Part shown: one piece after another, positions 12,801 through 25,900 of the stretch | Layout: the number at the start of each line of letters is the position of its first letter | How positions within the stretch are numbered: position 1 is the first letter of the stretch | DNA from: Octopus vulgaris | Taxonomy: Eukaryota | Direction of reading: 5' to 3' | Length of the DNA: 64,000 nt | Assembly (NCBI GenBank): GCA_951406725.2 | Contig: OX597842.1 | Coordinates: forward strand, 28,024,001-28,088,000 | Translations under genes and position numbers: made by a program | Notes under the pieces: model-generated | The model's database searches: none | The model's input: the letters and a program-made list of their open reading frames with translations, nothing else | What the model was told of the DNA's origin: nothing

Positions 12801-14625
12801 ATGTTGTGTTAAACTGTCAGAGAATGGGAAATGGGATATTGTGATGTTCATGCCTTTCCACGTGACATTTGTAATGTAAAGGAGAGTGAAATGATTTCAA
12901 TTGAGAAACAAGATCAAGTTGAGTTTGAATTTTCTGTTGAGATTCTTTTTTTCTAATATAAATGAGTGTTTCATTAACTTACAATGCTGAGTTCAATCCA
13001 GCCATGAACACAATCAACAATGGGGCCTGTCTTCTATAGAGACAGGAAATATATGTTGACCTGGGACTAAAGAATTACAATAAATATAGAAAAACAGACT
13101 GGCCAGGGGAGAGATGACAACATGTCCCACACAATGCACACTCTCATTTTAAAAAGGTTACATTTGATAATGTGGTCCTCTTCACCCAAGAGAAAGAGCG
13201 ATGGCACATCTGGAACCCTTTCCCCTTAATTCTGCCAGATTAAGGCAGATATCTGCCGAAATAAACATCAACAACAACACTCTACTAGTAAACTTACTAA
13301 AAGTGTAAACAAGCAAAAACATTGTCATTAATTCACCTGTTTACTCTTAAACAACAATATTTTTGAGTCCCCTTTTACAAACGATAGTATTAACTCTACT
13401 GGACCTTCTAATTTATACATTTTACAACCGTGCTGACGTCTGTAGATATTTTATGAAATTTCAGTGATAGCTTTACTTTATAGCTAAACTTTCAATTGGA
13501 AATTAGGAATGGAACCGGTTCTCAGTCATTCAAACAAACAAAAGTTTAGCTGAAAGCAAAATTTATAGAAATTGGGTATTTTATACTCACCAAGTGGCTG
13601 CCATTTACCTGCCAACTTTTGGGACACCCAATGAAGATGGATCTGCTCTACCATTTCAGAATCTGAAATAAATATTTCCAAATTTTACACTTCATAGCAC
13701 AATTTCCCGATCTCTGTTAATGGTTTATATTTTATTATTGTAAGGCATTCCTATCATCAATGGACAACTTCTGACCACTATAGGCTTGGTCAACATTTTA
13801 TACTTCCTACAGTGGTCCTATATAATGGCTCAATATTTAGGTCCATAACAAAATAGACTGACCTTCCTAAGCCTCCTTTTACTATTAAGACATCCTACTT
13901 AATCTAACAACGTTGCAATCATCTTATTTAATGATCACATGTTAACACCTTTTATCTTTCTTCTCTCTTATATCCATGTTAAACCTATGACATGGCATTG
14001 TCCCCTCGCCACTGGACTTCACTTAATCAACATTCCCCTCATCTTTTGCTTAATTCTGATGTCAACCAAGCTGGTCATCAACGACCTTGACACAAACTCA
14101 TGTCACACCTGTTATCTTTGTCAAACGTTGCTGCTTTTAATCTTTAATTTTAAACTATGCAACTCACAGTTCACCAGAATTTCATCTGATTCAGGAAATA
14201 TTTAAGGACTCCTTAATGAAATGCTTTTCTTTCCTGATGAGCAATGATTAGTTCTACACAGGTGAAACAGAAAGTGATAGCAAGTATCCTAAAACACTGT
14301 ATACTTGCACAAAACATCTTTAACATGCAAATGTTCATACACAGATTATCGCAAAGGAAAAACATCTGAAATGGTACAAAAGAAGTGATATTTAAGAATA
14401 TATTATCAAGATGGTGATATAGATCAAACTTCAAGCACCAAATCTTGTTTTTGCTCAGAAGTTTTGACTTGGCAAATGCTTATTGCCCATCCTCGGTTTC
14501 TTCAATGACATCAATGCCTCTACTCTTATCGGACAATGAGATCGGACAACATCGATTGTTTTGTATCTTGCAACCAGTGTCATCTAAGTAAGAGAGATAG
14601 ATAGATAGATAGATAGATAGATTGT

Positions 14626-14679
<54 letters not shown>

Positions 14680-17600
14680 AATTGTCTCAGCAGCAGACCA
14701 AAGCTTCTTACTTGGACAAAGACATCATTTAATGGATGTAATGATAGATTTACTAACAGTGAAAAAAAAGACAGGGTGATCACACTTGTAAGCTTTCAAC
14801 TTAACCATCTTGTTCAACAAGAACATCAACAACAATAATCAGTAAACTTATTGAAAATGTACAACAAACAAACACTGTCATTAACTCACCTGTTTACCAT
14901 TAAACAACAAAATGTTTTTCTTCCTTCATTCAAAAGACAATATTAACTCTATTGTTTTTTTTTTCTAATTTAACCATTTTAGCAACAGAGCCAACACTGC
15001 TGGACATTTTATTAAATTTCTGTAATATCAATATTTTAAATACAATTCATGTTGTTACACGACTGGAAAGTACAGACGCTGCTACATGTAGATGCATAGA
15101 GAGAGAGAGAGAGAGAGATGAAGGAAGAAACAGGGAAAGAGAGAGAGACAACAATGAGATGAAAGAAAAGTGAATGCATCTCATTATGGGGAGAGAACAG
15201 CTTCAGGGTTTATATTTTATCTTTGTATTTTGGCCTCAACGTGAAAGACATTTTTCCTGTGTCTCATGTTTCCATATTTCTATAAAACCCCTTCATTGGA
15301 TATTCTTGCATTTGTAGGTAACGAATAGAATTACTTTTATCGCTAACCATTCAAAAGAAATGTAACAATGGAACCTGTTCTCAGTCATTCACACAAATAA
15401 TATATCTCAGGTGAAGGTAAAATTTATAGAAATCAATTACAGTTATTTTATACTCACCAACAGATTCTGCAACCGTCTTGACCGCTTTTTCTTCAGACTT
15501 TGGACATTCTGAAATAAGCATTTCAAAGTTTTATACTTCATAGTAAAATTTCTTTGTCTCTTTTAATAATCTATATTCCATTTTTGTAAGGCATTCATAT
15601 CATCAATAGTCAATTGGTGACCACTATGCTTTTGGTCAACACTTTCTAAGCTGTTACTATATAATAGTTCAATATTTAGAACCGCAGCAAAATAGGCAAA
15701 CCTTTCTAAATCTCATCTTTCTATTAAGACATCCTATATACTAATCTAACAATTCTGAAATTCTCTCACTTAGTTATCACTTCATAACACTCTTTTTCTC
15801 TTAGTTTTGTCTTTCTTTGTTATGTCTGTGCTGGTCATATGACATGCCATTGTCCTCTCATCTCGAACCTTCACTAACCAATATTCTTCTCATCTTCTAC
15901 TAAATTCCAGTCTCAACCAAACAGGTCTTCAAAGATCTGGCCACAAAGGCATGACACATTGCTTCAGGAAGGATAAACATACCCCAGCTCTCATTTTTAT
16001 ATGTTACTGTTGGTAATCTTTAATTTTAACTGCCCACATCACACTTCACCAGAATACCACCTGATTCAGGAAAGATCTGAAGATATTTCAATGTCATTCA
16101 TCCTCCTTAATAAGCAGCTTTTTCTTTTTCCAGGTGAGCAATGATTAGTTCTACACAGGTGGAGCAGAAAGTGATAACAGGTATCCTGAAACATTACATT
16201 TGTATAAAACCTCCTTAACTTAAAACTGTTTATCTACACATTATTGCAAAGGAGTTATACCTGAAATGGGACACTAGAATTCATTCTCAAGAATATATAA
16301 GACTCGCTAAGAGTCAGATCCTTAAACTCTCAGTTGAGATTTTGTCATTGAAATTCTTATATTACAAAGCTGACTGTGATGTTGTAGGAAGTACTGTTGT
16401 CCTTAATTATCAGTTTCCCAAGATACTTATAAATCATTAACCTCATATAAAAGCTGACAACTGAATATAAAAACTTGATGTTTACTGATGGGACCTTGGA
16501 AATATATTGATATTTCATTTATATTTCAGTAAAATGTATTAGTCTTATGTTGCAGACAGTACTCTTTTGATGTGGGACAGGTTTCCTACTTGGATAAAGA
16601 CAATATTCAGTGGGTGTAGTCATGGATATACTATCAAAGAGAAAAGACACCTGGGACATCTTTTATCATACGTCTGTCAGATTATGACAGATCTGGGTCG
16701 ATACAACATTATTCCATTCCATAATGTCATGTGACAAACAGACAGATCATCAAATCATATTCTTACCAACTCTCCTTTTGCTTTCTATACATGTTTTACA
16801 CTTGGGGAATCTTTCAGGTTGAGTTTTGCTACAATCTTCACATAAAACAGTATGTGCACAGGGTTGTAACTCCATGCTGGCTTCATTCACATCACAAAGC
16901 ATACATCTGTGGAAAAAACATAAAACACATCCCACCTATAACATTCATTTCTAACAAATATTACATGTTTGTTTTATGTTTACAGTACAGAATATTATGA
17001 AACACTAGACTGACCAGAGTGAGGTGCATGGCTAAGTTGTTAGGCTTTTGGACTCATAGAGTAAAATTGCGGTTTCAATTCCTGGACAAGGCGATGTGTA
17101 AAGTTCTTTAGCAAAACACTTCAGTCTAGGTTTGCCCTGCATACAAACCTGCCCCTTGTTATAGGTGAGTCCATGTTCATTGATCTACATCTTATCAACT
17201 TCAGATGTGTTCCTCCAAAACAATTTTATTTGCCTCAGTTGATTGGATCAAAACCCAAACGAGTTAGATTCACCTTCTACTGAGCTATGTGCATACTATT
17301 TAGCTTCTTATAAGGACAGGTGTGATAAATTGAGCTCTTCGTCATTCACCACCTGATACACACTTGAAGTTACATATTGTAGGTCCCTTAAATCATGACT
17401 CAATACCAGATGAAAAAGGGATGCAAACTGGTCTGAGGATATCCTCTTCCATGAACCATGACAGATTTAAATCGAGATACAAATTATTGTTTAAAAATAC
17501 CCACAGTTTATGCAATAAAGTTCACTATTTTTGATTCCTAAGTTAAAAGTACTGATTCCAATCTCATTTGTTAAACCTGGACACATTCTTTACTGTGCAA

Positions 17601-20600
17601 TGGTGTTTTTAGCATGGCTGGCTACATTTTCTTTCACAAAGACCTCTTTCATTACCTTGGAGGTGGTGCGATGGTCTATGCTTGCTCAAGCTTTTCAGAA
17701 ATTGCTTGTGAAGATTTAAACCAGTCACAAGAGGAATTTTTCTGCGACATAAAAGCACATCAACATTTACCATCCTCGAAACTTTTTAGAGCTGCATCTA
17801 TCAAAATGGTCACCTATGTTCTCATACTTGTGATTTCAATTACCCAATATTGATTAGGAAATCTTTCACTGGCCACAAAATGCAACCGATTTCCTTCATT
17901 TAATGTTAGATTCAAACTAATCCCAAGTAGTCCTCTCTCCCTTAAAAGGTAACAACACTTTCGATCTGCTATTTACCACTGCTCCTGAAATTATCAGCCT
18001 CAATAGTGATGAACCCTTAGGTGACTCTGATCATACTCCAATCTTGCAAAAATATTTCTAATGGATAGAAAGAAAAGCCACCATAACCTCCAAACTGCTT
18101 CGTTTTCCTGGAACTCCGACTGTACTGAGGTATAGTTCCCTGACTGGCTTCGACTTTACACTTCTGGAGATGTCAAGACTAACCTTCAGCACATCCATCC
18201 TTAATTCATGAATAAGTGTCGGTGCCATAGAAACGTTTTAGAAGCCTGAATATGTGAGAGACTGCCAGGAAATATCGATGAGATGCTGGACGTGATAAAA
18301 GAACAGGGGATAAAAGAAGAAGGGGCAACATGGTACCCTGCCATATTAAAGGAGTGACAAATGTACCGTTTTCACTGCTACTGAGATCAAATTCCATAAA
18401 ACCTGTTGAATTCTGCAATATCGCAATGCTAATTGAAGCATATGTGCAATTATGCTTCCTCTTGTCTTGGTGGTGTTATTCATCTGCTTCTCAAAGGGTG
18501 CACCCTTTTTCTACTGCACCAGCTTTTTGTCCTCTTCTAATTCACACTTAGCCCAGTTTAATGGAAAGTTGCCAGTATTCTTCCCCGTTCATAAAGGGAG
18601 TGACCAGACATCCCCTGTTGACTACCATCCAGTCAGTCTCACAGAATTAATGGATCTACAGGAAGACATTTTGGAACATCTGGAACCCTCATAAGCTTAT
18701 TCAAACTCCAACCATTTTGATTTATCCCTAACTGTTGCTGCATTGAATTTCTTCACAGATGGTGGTTCATGGGTGGATATTATCTCTATCAACTTCACCA
18801 AAGTCTTTAATTCCATGCCACAGTGATCAATTATGGCACAACTGTCTGGAATGGGTGCGAGGACTAAATTATATAACTGCTTAAAATACTTACATTCTCA
18901 GTTGAAAAGACAGAGTCACAACACTAAGCTAACATTCTGCACCCAACACAGAAGACCTACAAGGAACTACTCTTGGTTTTCTCTTGCTCCTTCTATGTAT
19001 CAGCTAAATACATGCCAACTATCTGCTATAGATCCTTTCTTCAATCTGACCTGGATACAATGCAGCAATGCACTGCTGATTGCAAACTCAAGCTGGCCAT
19101 AGAATGGTGCACCACTATACACTTTGGAATGGAAATTCCAAAATGTACCAACTCTCTCCAGAACAACAAACTTCAAAAGTCTGCAGGTGAACTTGACCGT
19201 GACATTAATGTCAACAATGATGTGTAATGCATGAACCACATTTCTAAAAATCATCAGAAATATTAAAGTATTGCTCAGTAAAACCTCTGCCCGTCAATTT
19301 GTTAAGTTATCAGTTTAAAATTATGCCTGGCTATCATACGTCTACACTTACAGTTTACATTTCCAATCTGGAATCCCCATCCTGTCCAGAATATCTATTC
19401 AGAGAAGAACAACAAGGCAAATACTCTCTCTTATTTACCATATCTTGAATATATTGCTTCTCTGGGTATTGACATCTTATTAGATGCTATATACCTTTGC
19501 TTCAATCTGATCTCCAAACCAGGCAAATACTCTCTGTTAGTCACCATATACTGAATGTATTGTTTCTCTGGGTATCAGCACACTAAAGTTTTGAAGTCTA
19601 GCAGCTAATCTGGTATAATCCCTTAGGTTTATACATAATCTTGCCAACAACAACTTTGGCAACATTTTTGAATTCAAAATCTCAGCCAGCAGCAGACATT
19701 CTTATGAAATTAAAATAAAAAACAGTGCAGCACCCATGACTTTACGAAATACTTTATCTCACTCAGAATTATTTAAGCACACAACAAACCACCTGAGTCA
19801 GCTGTTAGCTGTCAGCATACGGCATCCTCCAAAATATTCTTTTCTTACCGAGGATATATAGCCAGTACAAGGTGTTGATGTGGCTGCGTGTATGTTATTT
19901 ACAAGAGTTCATAAAGAGATGAAGAATAAATTCAAGACCTATATATTTACTACGGAAAAATATATTTTATTTACTGGTCGATGACGATACACAGAATTAA
20001 TATGTAGCATCTAGTTGAATGAAATAATCTATACAAGAAAGTTCAGAGATAGGAAATATAGAAAAATAGCCAAGTGGTGGCTTTCAGCCATGTGCGTAGA
20101 GAAACAGACGGACATAGCAATGACGTGAATGGCTCTAAGTCTAATTGACTCAGTAAACCACCGCCTATTACTTGTCAAGCTTCAAGCATATAGTTTCCAT
20201 CCGGATATTGTACGATGGGCTGGTGCCTTCCTCTCAGATCGCTCCTTCCAATTCCAAGTTAATGGTTCTGGTCCGACGTCTCCAGTGCGAGCAGTGGCAT
20301 GCCTCAAGGTTCAGTGCTTGGGCCGTTATTGTTCTTATTCAGAGAAGAACAACAAGGCAAATGCTCTCTCTTAGTTACCATATCTTGAATATATTGCTTC
20401 TCTGGGTATTGACATCTTATTAGATGCTATATACCTTTGCTTCAATCTGATCTCCAAACCAGGCAAATACTCTCTGTTAGTCACCATATACTGAATGTAT
20501 TGTTTCTCTGGGTATCAGCACACTAAAGTTTTGAAGTCTAGCAGCTAATCTGGTATAATCCCTTAGGTTTATACATAATCTTGCCAACAACAACTTTGGC

Positions 20601-22905
20601 AACATTTTTGAATTCAAAATCTCAGCCAGCAGCAGACATTCTTATAAAATTAAAATAAAAAACAGTGCAGCACCCATGACTTTACGAAATACTTTATCTC
20701 ACTCAGAATTATTTAAGCACACAACAAACCACCTGAGTCAGCTGTTAGCTGTCAGCATACGGCATCCTCCAAAATATTTGTCCTATGAAGAAAGGATATA
20801 TAGCCAGTACTTTAAGGTGTTGATGTGGCTGCGTGTATCTCATTTACACAAGTTCATAAAGAGATGAAGAATAACCTCTCGAAAGAGCTGTTCTTTACTC
20901 CTGCTCCAGAGCGTCGGCTACGGGGTCATGACGATAAAGAATTAATATGACGATTTCATCTCAATCGAAGGAGAGGAGCTTTCTCCGTCCGGAAAGTTGC
21001 GGAGATGGAACAAGCTGCCAGAAATAATGGTGAAGATGGTGGCTTTGTTCAAAGCCTTGACCTGTGGCCTGAACTCTTTAGATGAAACAGACGGACATAG
21101 CAATGACGTGAATGGCTCTAAGTCTAATCGACTAAGAAGCAAAGAGCAGGGTTAGCAAGCTTACATACACACATACATGCTTACATACATGCTACGTACG
21201 TATATACATAACTACGTACGTATATATCCATATATATATATATATATATATAAGAGAGAGACAAATACATATACCCGAAAACAACCACGCACACATATAT
21301 GTATATATATATACATACACATACATACTGTTAACTAAAATAGTATTAAGAATCATTAAAATTAAGATAATATTAATTGTTAATACAACGAAAGGGGTCG
21401 GAAGGGTAATTCGTAATATACAAAAAAGAGGGGCCTAAAAGGGTAAAAGACGTAAGGGTTAATAAAAGGCAAAGGTTGGAAAATATTGAGATAAAATTTC
21501 TAAGAAGGGTATAAACTCAAAACACAGATTTACCATAACCAGTGTAAAGAAGATGTAGGTTATTTGCATAAGATACATAATTAAAAATTACACCACATAT
21601 TCCGTAAACAATCAGAAGACTAGGAAACCGTCCAGATATCAACACTTGTAAATTTTATCTGAATATTTTCCAACAGTAATCAGACACAAGAACAGGAGTA
21701 AAGAGGGAGGACAATTTATTAAATGAACCCCTGGATATTGAGCCCAGGAGTTGAACTTGGAACACAAACGGATCAAAGTAAGGGGATGATTCTGCATTTA
21801 GCCCAAGGCCAGAGGAAAGAGGAAAATTTCAAGAGAAGGTGGGGGGGTGAGGTGTTTTACATGGAATGAAAGGAAGAAGGGAGAGGATTTGAACCTGTAA
21901 CGTTGAGGTAACGAAGGATGAGATGAAGTAAAGAATCCAGTCAGGTAACAACAACAACAACAATAATTATGATGATTAATTAATGAAGTTAGATTACAGT
22001 GTCATTAGAGTGAGAGAGAGAGAGAGAGGGGTGAAGCATGACGACCCATGGTGGGATTATGACATGAATGACTCGAAACAAGAAAACAAAGATTAAAGAA
22101 ACAGATTTGGATAATCCAAATCCATTGGGGACTTACTTTTGAACTGCCAGATGGAGAGGGGTGTCACCCTTGAGGTTCACCTTATTGACATCGATGCCTT
22201 TCTGTTTCAGGAGAAAATCAACAACTTCCTTGTATCCATGAGTAGAGGCAAGATGGAGAGGGGTGGAACCTTGCTTGGTCACAGCATTAACATCCGTGTC
22301 TTTCTGTTGCAGGAGAAGTTCAACAACGTCCTTGCTTCCATAGACCGAGGCAAAATGGAGACCTGTCCAACGATCTTTCGTCTCAGCTTTAACATCCGTG
22401 TCTTTCTGTTGCAGGAGAAGTTCAACAACGTCCTTGCTTCTACAGCAACAGGCAAAATGGAGAGCTGTCCAGCCCAATATATTTTTCTGATTAACCTAAA
22501 AAAGATAAACAATAAAGACATTAAAGATGGTGTTTATTGGGGAAAGAAGGAAAAAAATGAAAAATGTCAGAAAAACAGAATCAGATTAATTTAAACAGGT
22601 GGAATGAAGGTGGGGGGAAAATAAATGAGATTTATAATGTATCTATACACACACACATTTGTGTATGCATATATATATACACTCTCGCACATACATATAT
22701 ACATAAATACCATATATACATACGTGTTTTATATCTTCACGGATCATTTGTTTATGCATTTTTGTGTATATATGCGTTTATGTGTGTGTATATTTGTGTA
22801 TGTATGTACAGGTCTGTGTGAGCTGAAGAAAAGTTTTTAATTAAAAAAATATAAATATAAACTGTTTCATATACATAAAACACAAACCAACATACATATC
22901 ATTAT

Positions 22906-22939
<34 letters not shown>

Positions 22940-25900
22940 TCGCTGACCTGTAAATTGTTATTTTCTTTGCTATTTAACAGGACTTTGACTACATCTTCAT
23001 AGTTATTCGCCACAGCCAGATGTAGAGGTGTGTCGCCCCATGAGTCCTGCTTATTAACATTTGCTCCACTGGAGACTAAGAAGGCCACAACATCAGTTTC
23101 GTGGCTGAAAGGAAGAAAAACAAACATAAAACATCACATTCACTTAATAATTACATTAAATATACACTCGTGTTCCATAAAAACCTAAATGCCTCGTGTG
23201 TGTGTATATATATATATATAAAACCTATGTATGTAGTTCCTACAGCCTCGTGTGTGTATATATATATATATATGTGCAAATATGTATGTATGTAAAGGCA
23301 AATATGTATTACCTACACAAATGTGCCCCAGGCGAATGTTTCCTTGTAACTTCTAGAAAAATGGATGTTTTTCAATGAAATTTCTTTCACAAATATCATT
23401 CAGATGGCAAATATTCCAATTATATCGGAATTTGTTGTGAGAAAAAACTTTTCGGTGGGTGGAGAGAGAAATTTAGGAAAGTTCACCCGAGTCGGCTTTC
23501 TTTCCAAAAAAATAGATATTTTCAAATGAAATTTTCAATAAAACCGTTTCAGATGGTGAAGATTTCGATTATATCGGAATTTAATATGAAGAAAATTATA
23601 AAAATTGGTGGATTCGCACAGATATACACTGACACAAAACAGAAAATAAAAAGATGAACTTTGGGAAAATAACCGTGATGTGTGTCAGTATGTATGTGTG
23701 CGAAACCATCAAATTTTTAAAGTTTTTTCATGTTAAATTCCGATATAATCCTAATCTACACCATTTGAAAGGTGTATTAGGTGGAAAAATATTAGGTGGA
23801 AAAATATTAGGTGGAAAAAATCAACAGCATAATATAGTGAAATAGCAACATAATAACAATAACAACAATAATAATACAGTACAATGCAAAACATTATAGA
23901 TCAGCAAATACATATAAAATGAAAAATATTGATTTACATCAGCAAAATCCAGAAGTGTACATGCATATAAAGGCATACAAGTCAGACTTTTGACGGTGAT
24001 ATATATTAAGTGGTACGTTTAGAAATGATTTAAGATTGAAAGCTCAATAGGATTGACTGGAACATTTGAATTTCAATTGTCTCCGTTACGGTTGGTTTAT
24101 TAAGATACACTTACATACATTCACACGTATATGTGCGCTTATACATATATACATAGATAAACAAAAAAACAGAAAATACAAGCTTACATACACACATACA
24201 TACATAACTACGTACGTATAGATCCATATATATATATATATATATATATAAACAAATACATATACCCGAAAACAACCACGCACACATATATGTATATATA
24301 TACATACACATACATACTGTTAACTAAAATAGTATTAAGAATCATTAAAATTAAGATAATATTAATTGTTAATACAACGAAAGGGGTCGGAAGGGTAATT
24401 CGTAATATACAAAAAAGAGGGGCCTAAAAGGGTAGAAAAAGGTAAGGGTTAGTAAAAGGCAAAGGTTGGGAAATATTGAGATAAAATTTATAAGAAGGGT
24501 ATAAACTCAAAACCCAGATTTACCATAACCAGTGTAAAGAAGATGTAGGTTATTTGCATAAGATACATAATTAAAAATTACACCACATATTCCGTAAACA
24601 ATCAGAAGACTAGGAAACCGTCCAGATATCAACACTTGTAAATTTTATCTGAATATTTTCCAACAGTAATCAGACACAAGAACAGGAGTAAAGAGGGAGG
24701 ACAATCTATTAAATGAACCTCTGGATATTACTGGTACAGATTTTGACCCCAGCAGTTGAACTTGGAACACAAACGGATCAAAGTAAGGGGATGATTCTGC
24801 ATTTAGCCCAGGGCCAGAGGAAAGAGGAAATTTCAAGAGAAGGTGGGGGGTGAGGTGTTTTACATGGAATGAAAGGAAGAAGGGAGAGGATTTGAACCTG
24901 TAACGTTGAGGTAACGAAGGATGAGATGAAGTAAAGAATCCAGTCAGGTAACAACAACAACAACAACAATAATTATGATGATTAATTAATGAAGTTAGAT
25001 TACAGTGTCATTAGAGTGGAGAGAGAGAGAGAGAGAGAGAGGTGAAGCATGACGACCCATGGTGGGATTATGACATGAATGACTCGAAACAAGAAAACAA
25101 AGATTAAAGAAACAGATTTGGATAATCCAAATCCATTGGGGACTTACTTTTGAACTGCCAGATGGAGAGGGGTGTCACCCTTGAGGTTCACCTTATTGAC
25201 ATCCATGCCTTTCTGTTTCAGGAGAAAATCAACAACTTCCGTGCGTCCATGAGAAGAGGCAAGATGTAGAGGGGTGTAACCATGGTTGGTCACAGCATTA
25301 ACATCGATGCCATTCTGTTGCAGGAGAAGTTCAACAACGTCCTGAGGCAAGATGCTTCCATTCCACAGCTTAACATCTTTGAGGCAAGATGGAGACTGTC
25401 CAACCATCTTCCATCACAGCTTAACATCCGTGTCTTTATGTTGCAGGAGAAGTTCAACAACGTCCTTGCTTCCAGCGACAGGCAAAATGGAGAGCTGTCC
25501 AGCCCAATTTATTTTTCTGATTAACCTAAAAAAGATAAACAATAAAGACATTAAAGATGGTGTTTATTGGGGAAAGAAGGAAAAAAATGAAAAATGTCAG
25601 AGAAACAGAATCAGATTAATTTAAACAGGTGGAATGAAGGTGGGGGAAAATAAATGAGATTTATAATGTATCTATACACACACACATATGTGTATGCATA
25701 TATATATATATACACTCTCGCACATACATATATACATAAATACCTATATATACATACGTGTTTTATATCTTCACGGATCATTTGTTTATGCATTTTTGTG
25801 TATATATGCGTTTATGTGTGTGTATATTTGTGTATGTATGTACAGGTCTGTGTGAGCTGAAGAAAAGTTTTTAATTAAAAAAATATAAATATAAACTGTT

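Larger units (their letters stand above)
13262..16650. repeat. Old tandem duplication (about 13262-14775 vs 14822-16650), each copy carrying one small exon
   Basis: Colinear shared blocks, e.g. atggaacc.gttctcagtcattca, tattttatactcaccaa, tgtaaggcattc.tatcatcaat, tgagcaatgattagttctacacaggtg. Confidence 0.85.

Noticed and set aside
14890-15020. Additional exon ending at the strong donor CAG|GTGAGT (14890)
   Set aside because: The nearest plausible acceptor gives an immediate in-frame stop, and the paralogous site at about 13337 is weaker.
21612-21634. Hammerhead-like CAGAAGA-CTAG-GAAACCGTC (duplicate at about 24602)
   Set aside because: Core U4 is mutated and the helices are unsupported; at most a dead pLTR remnant.
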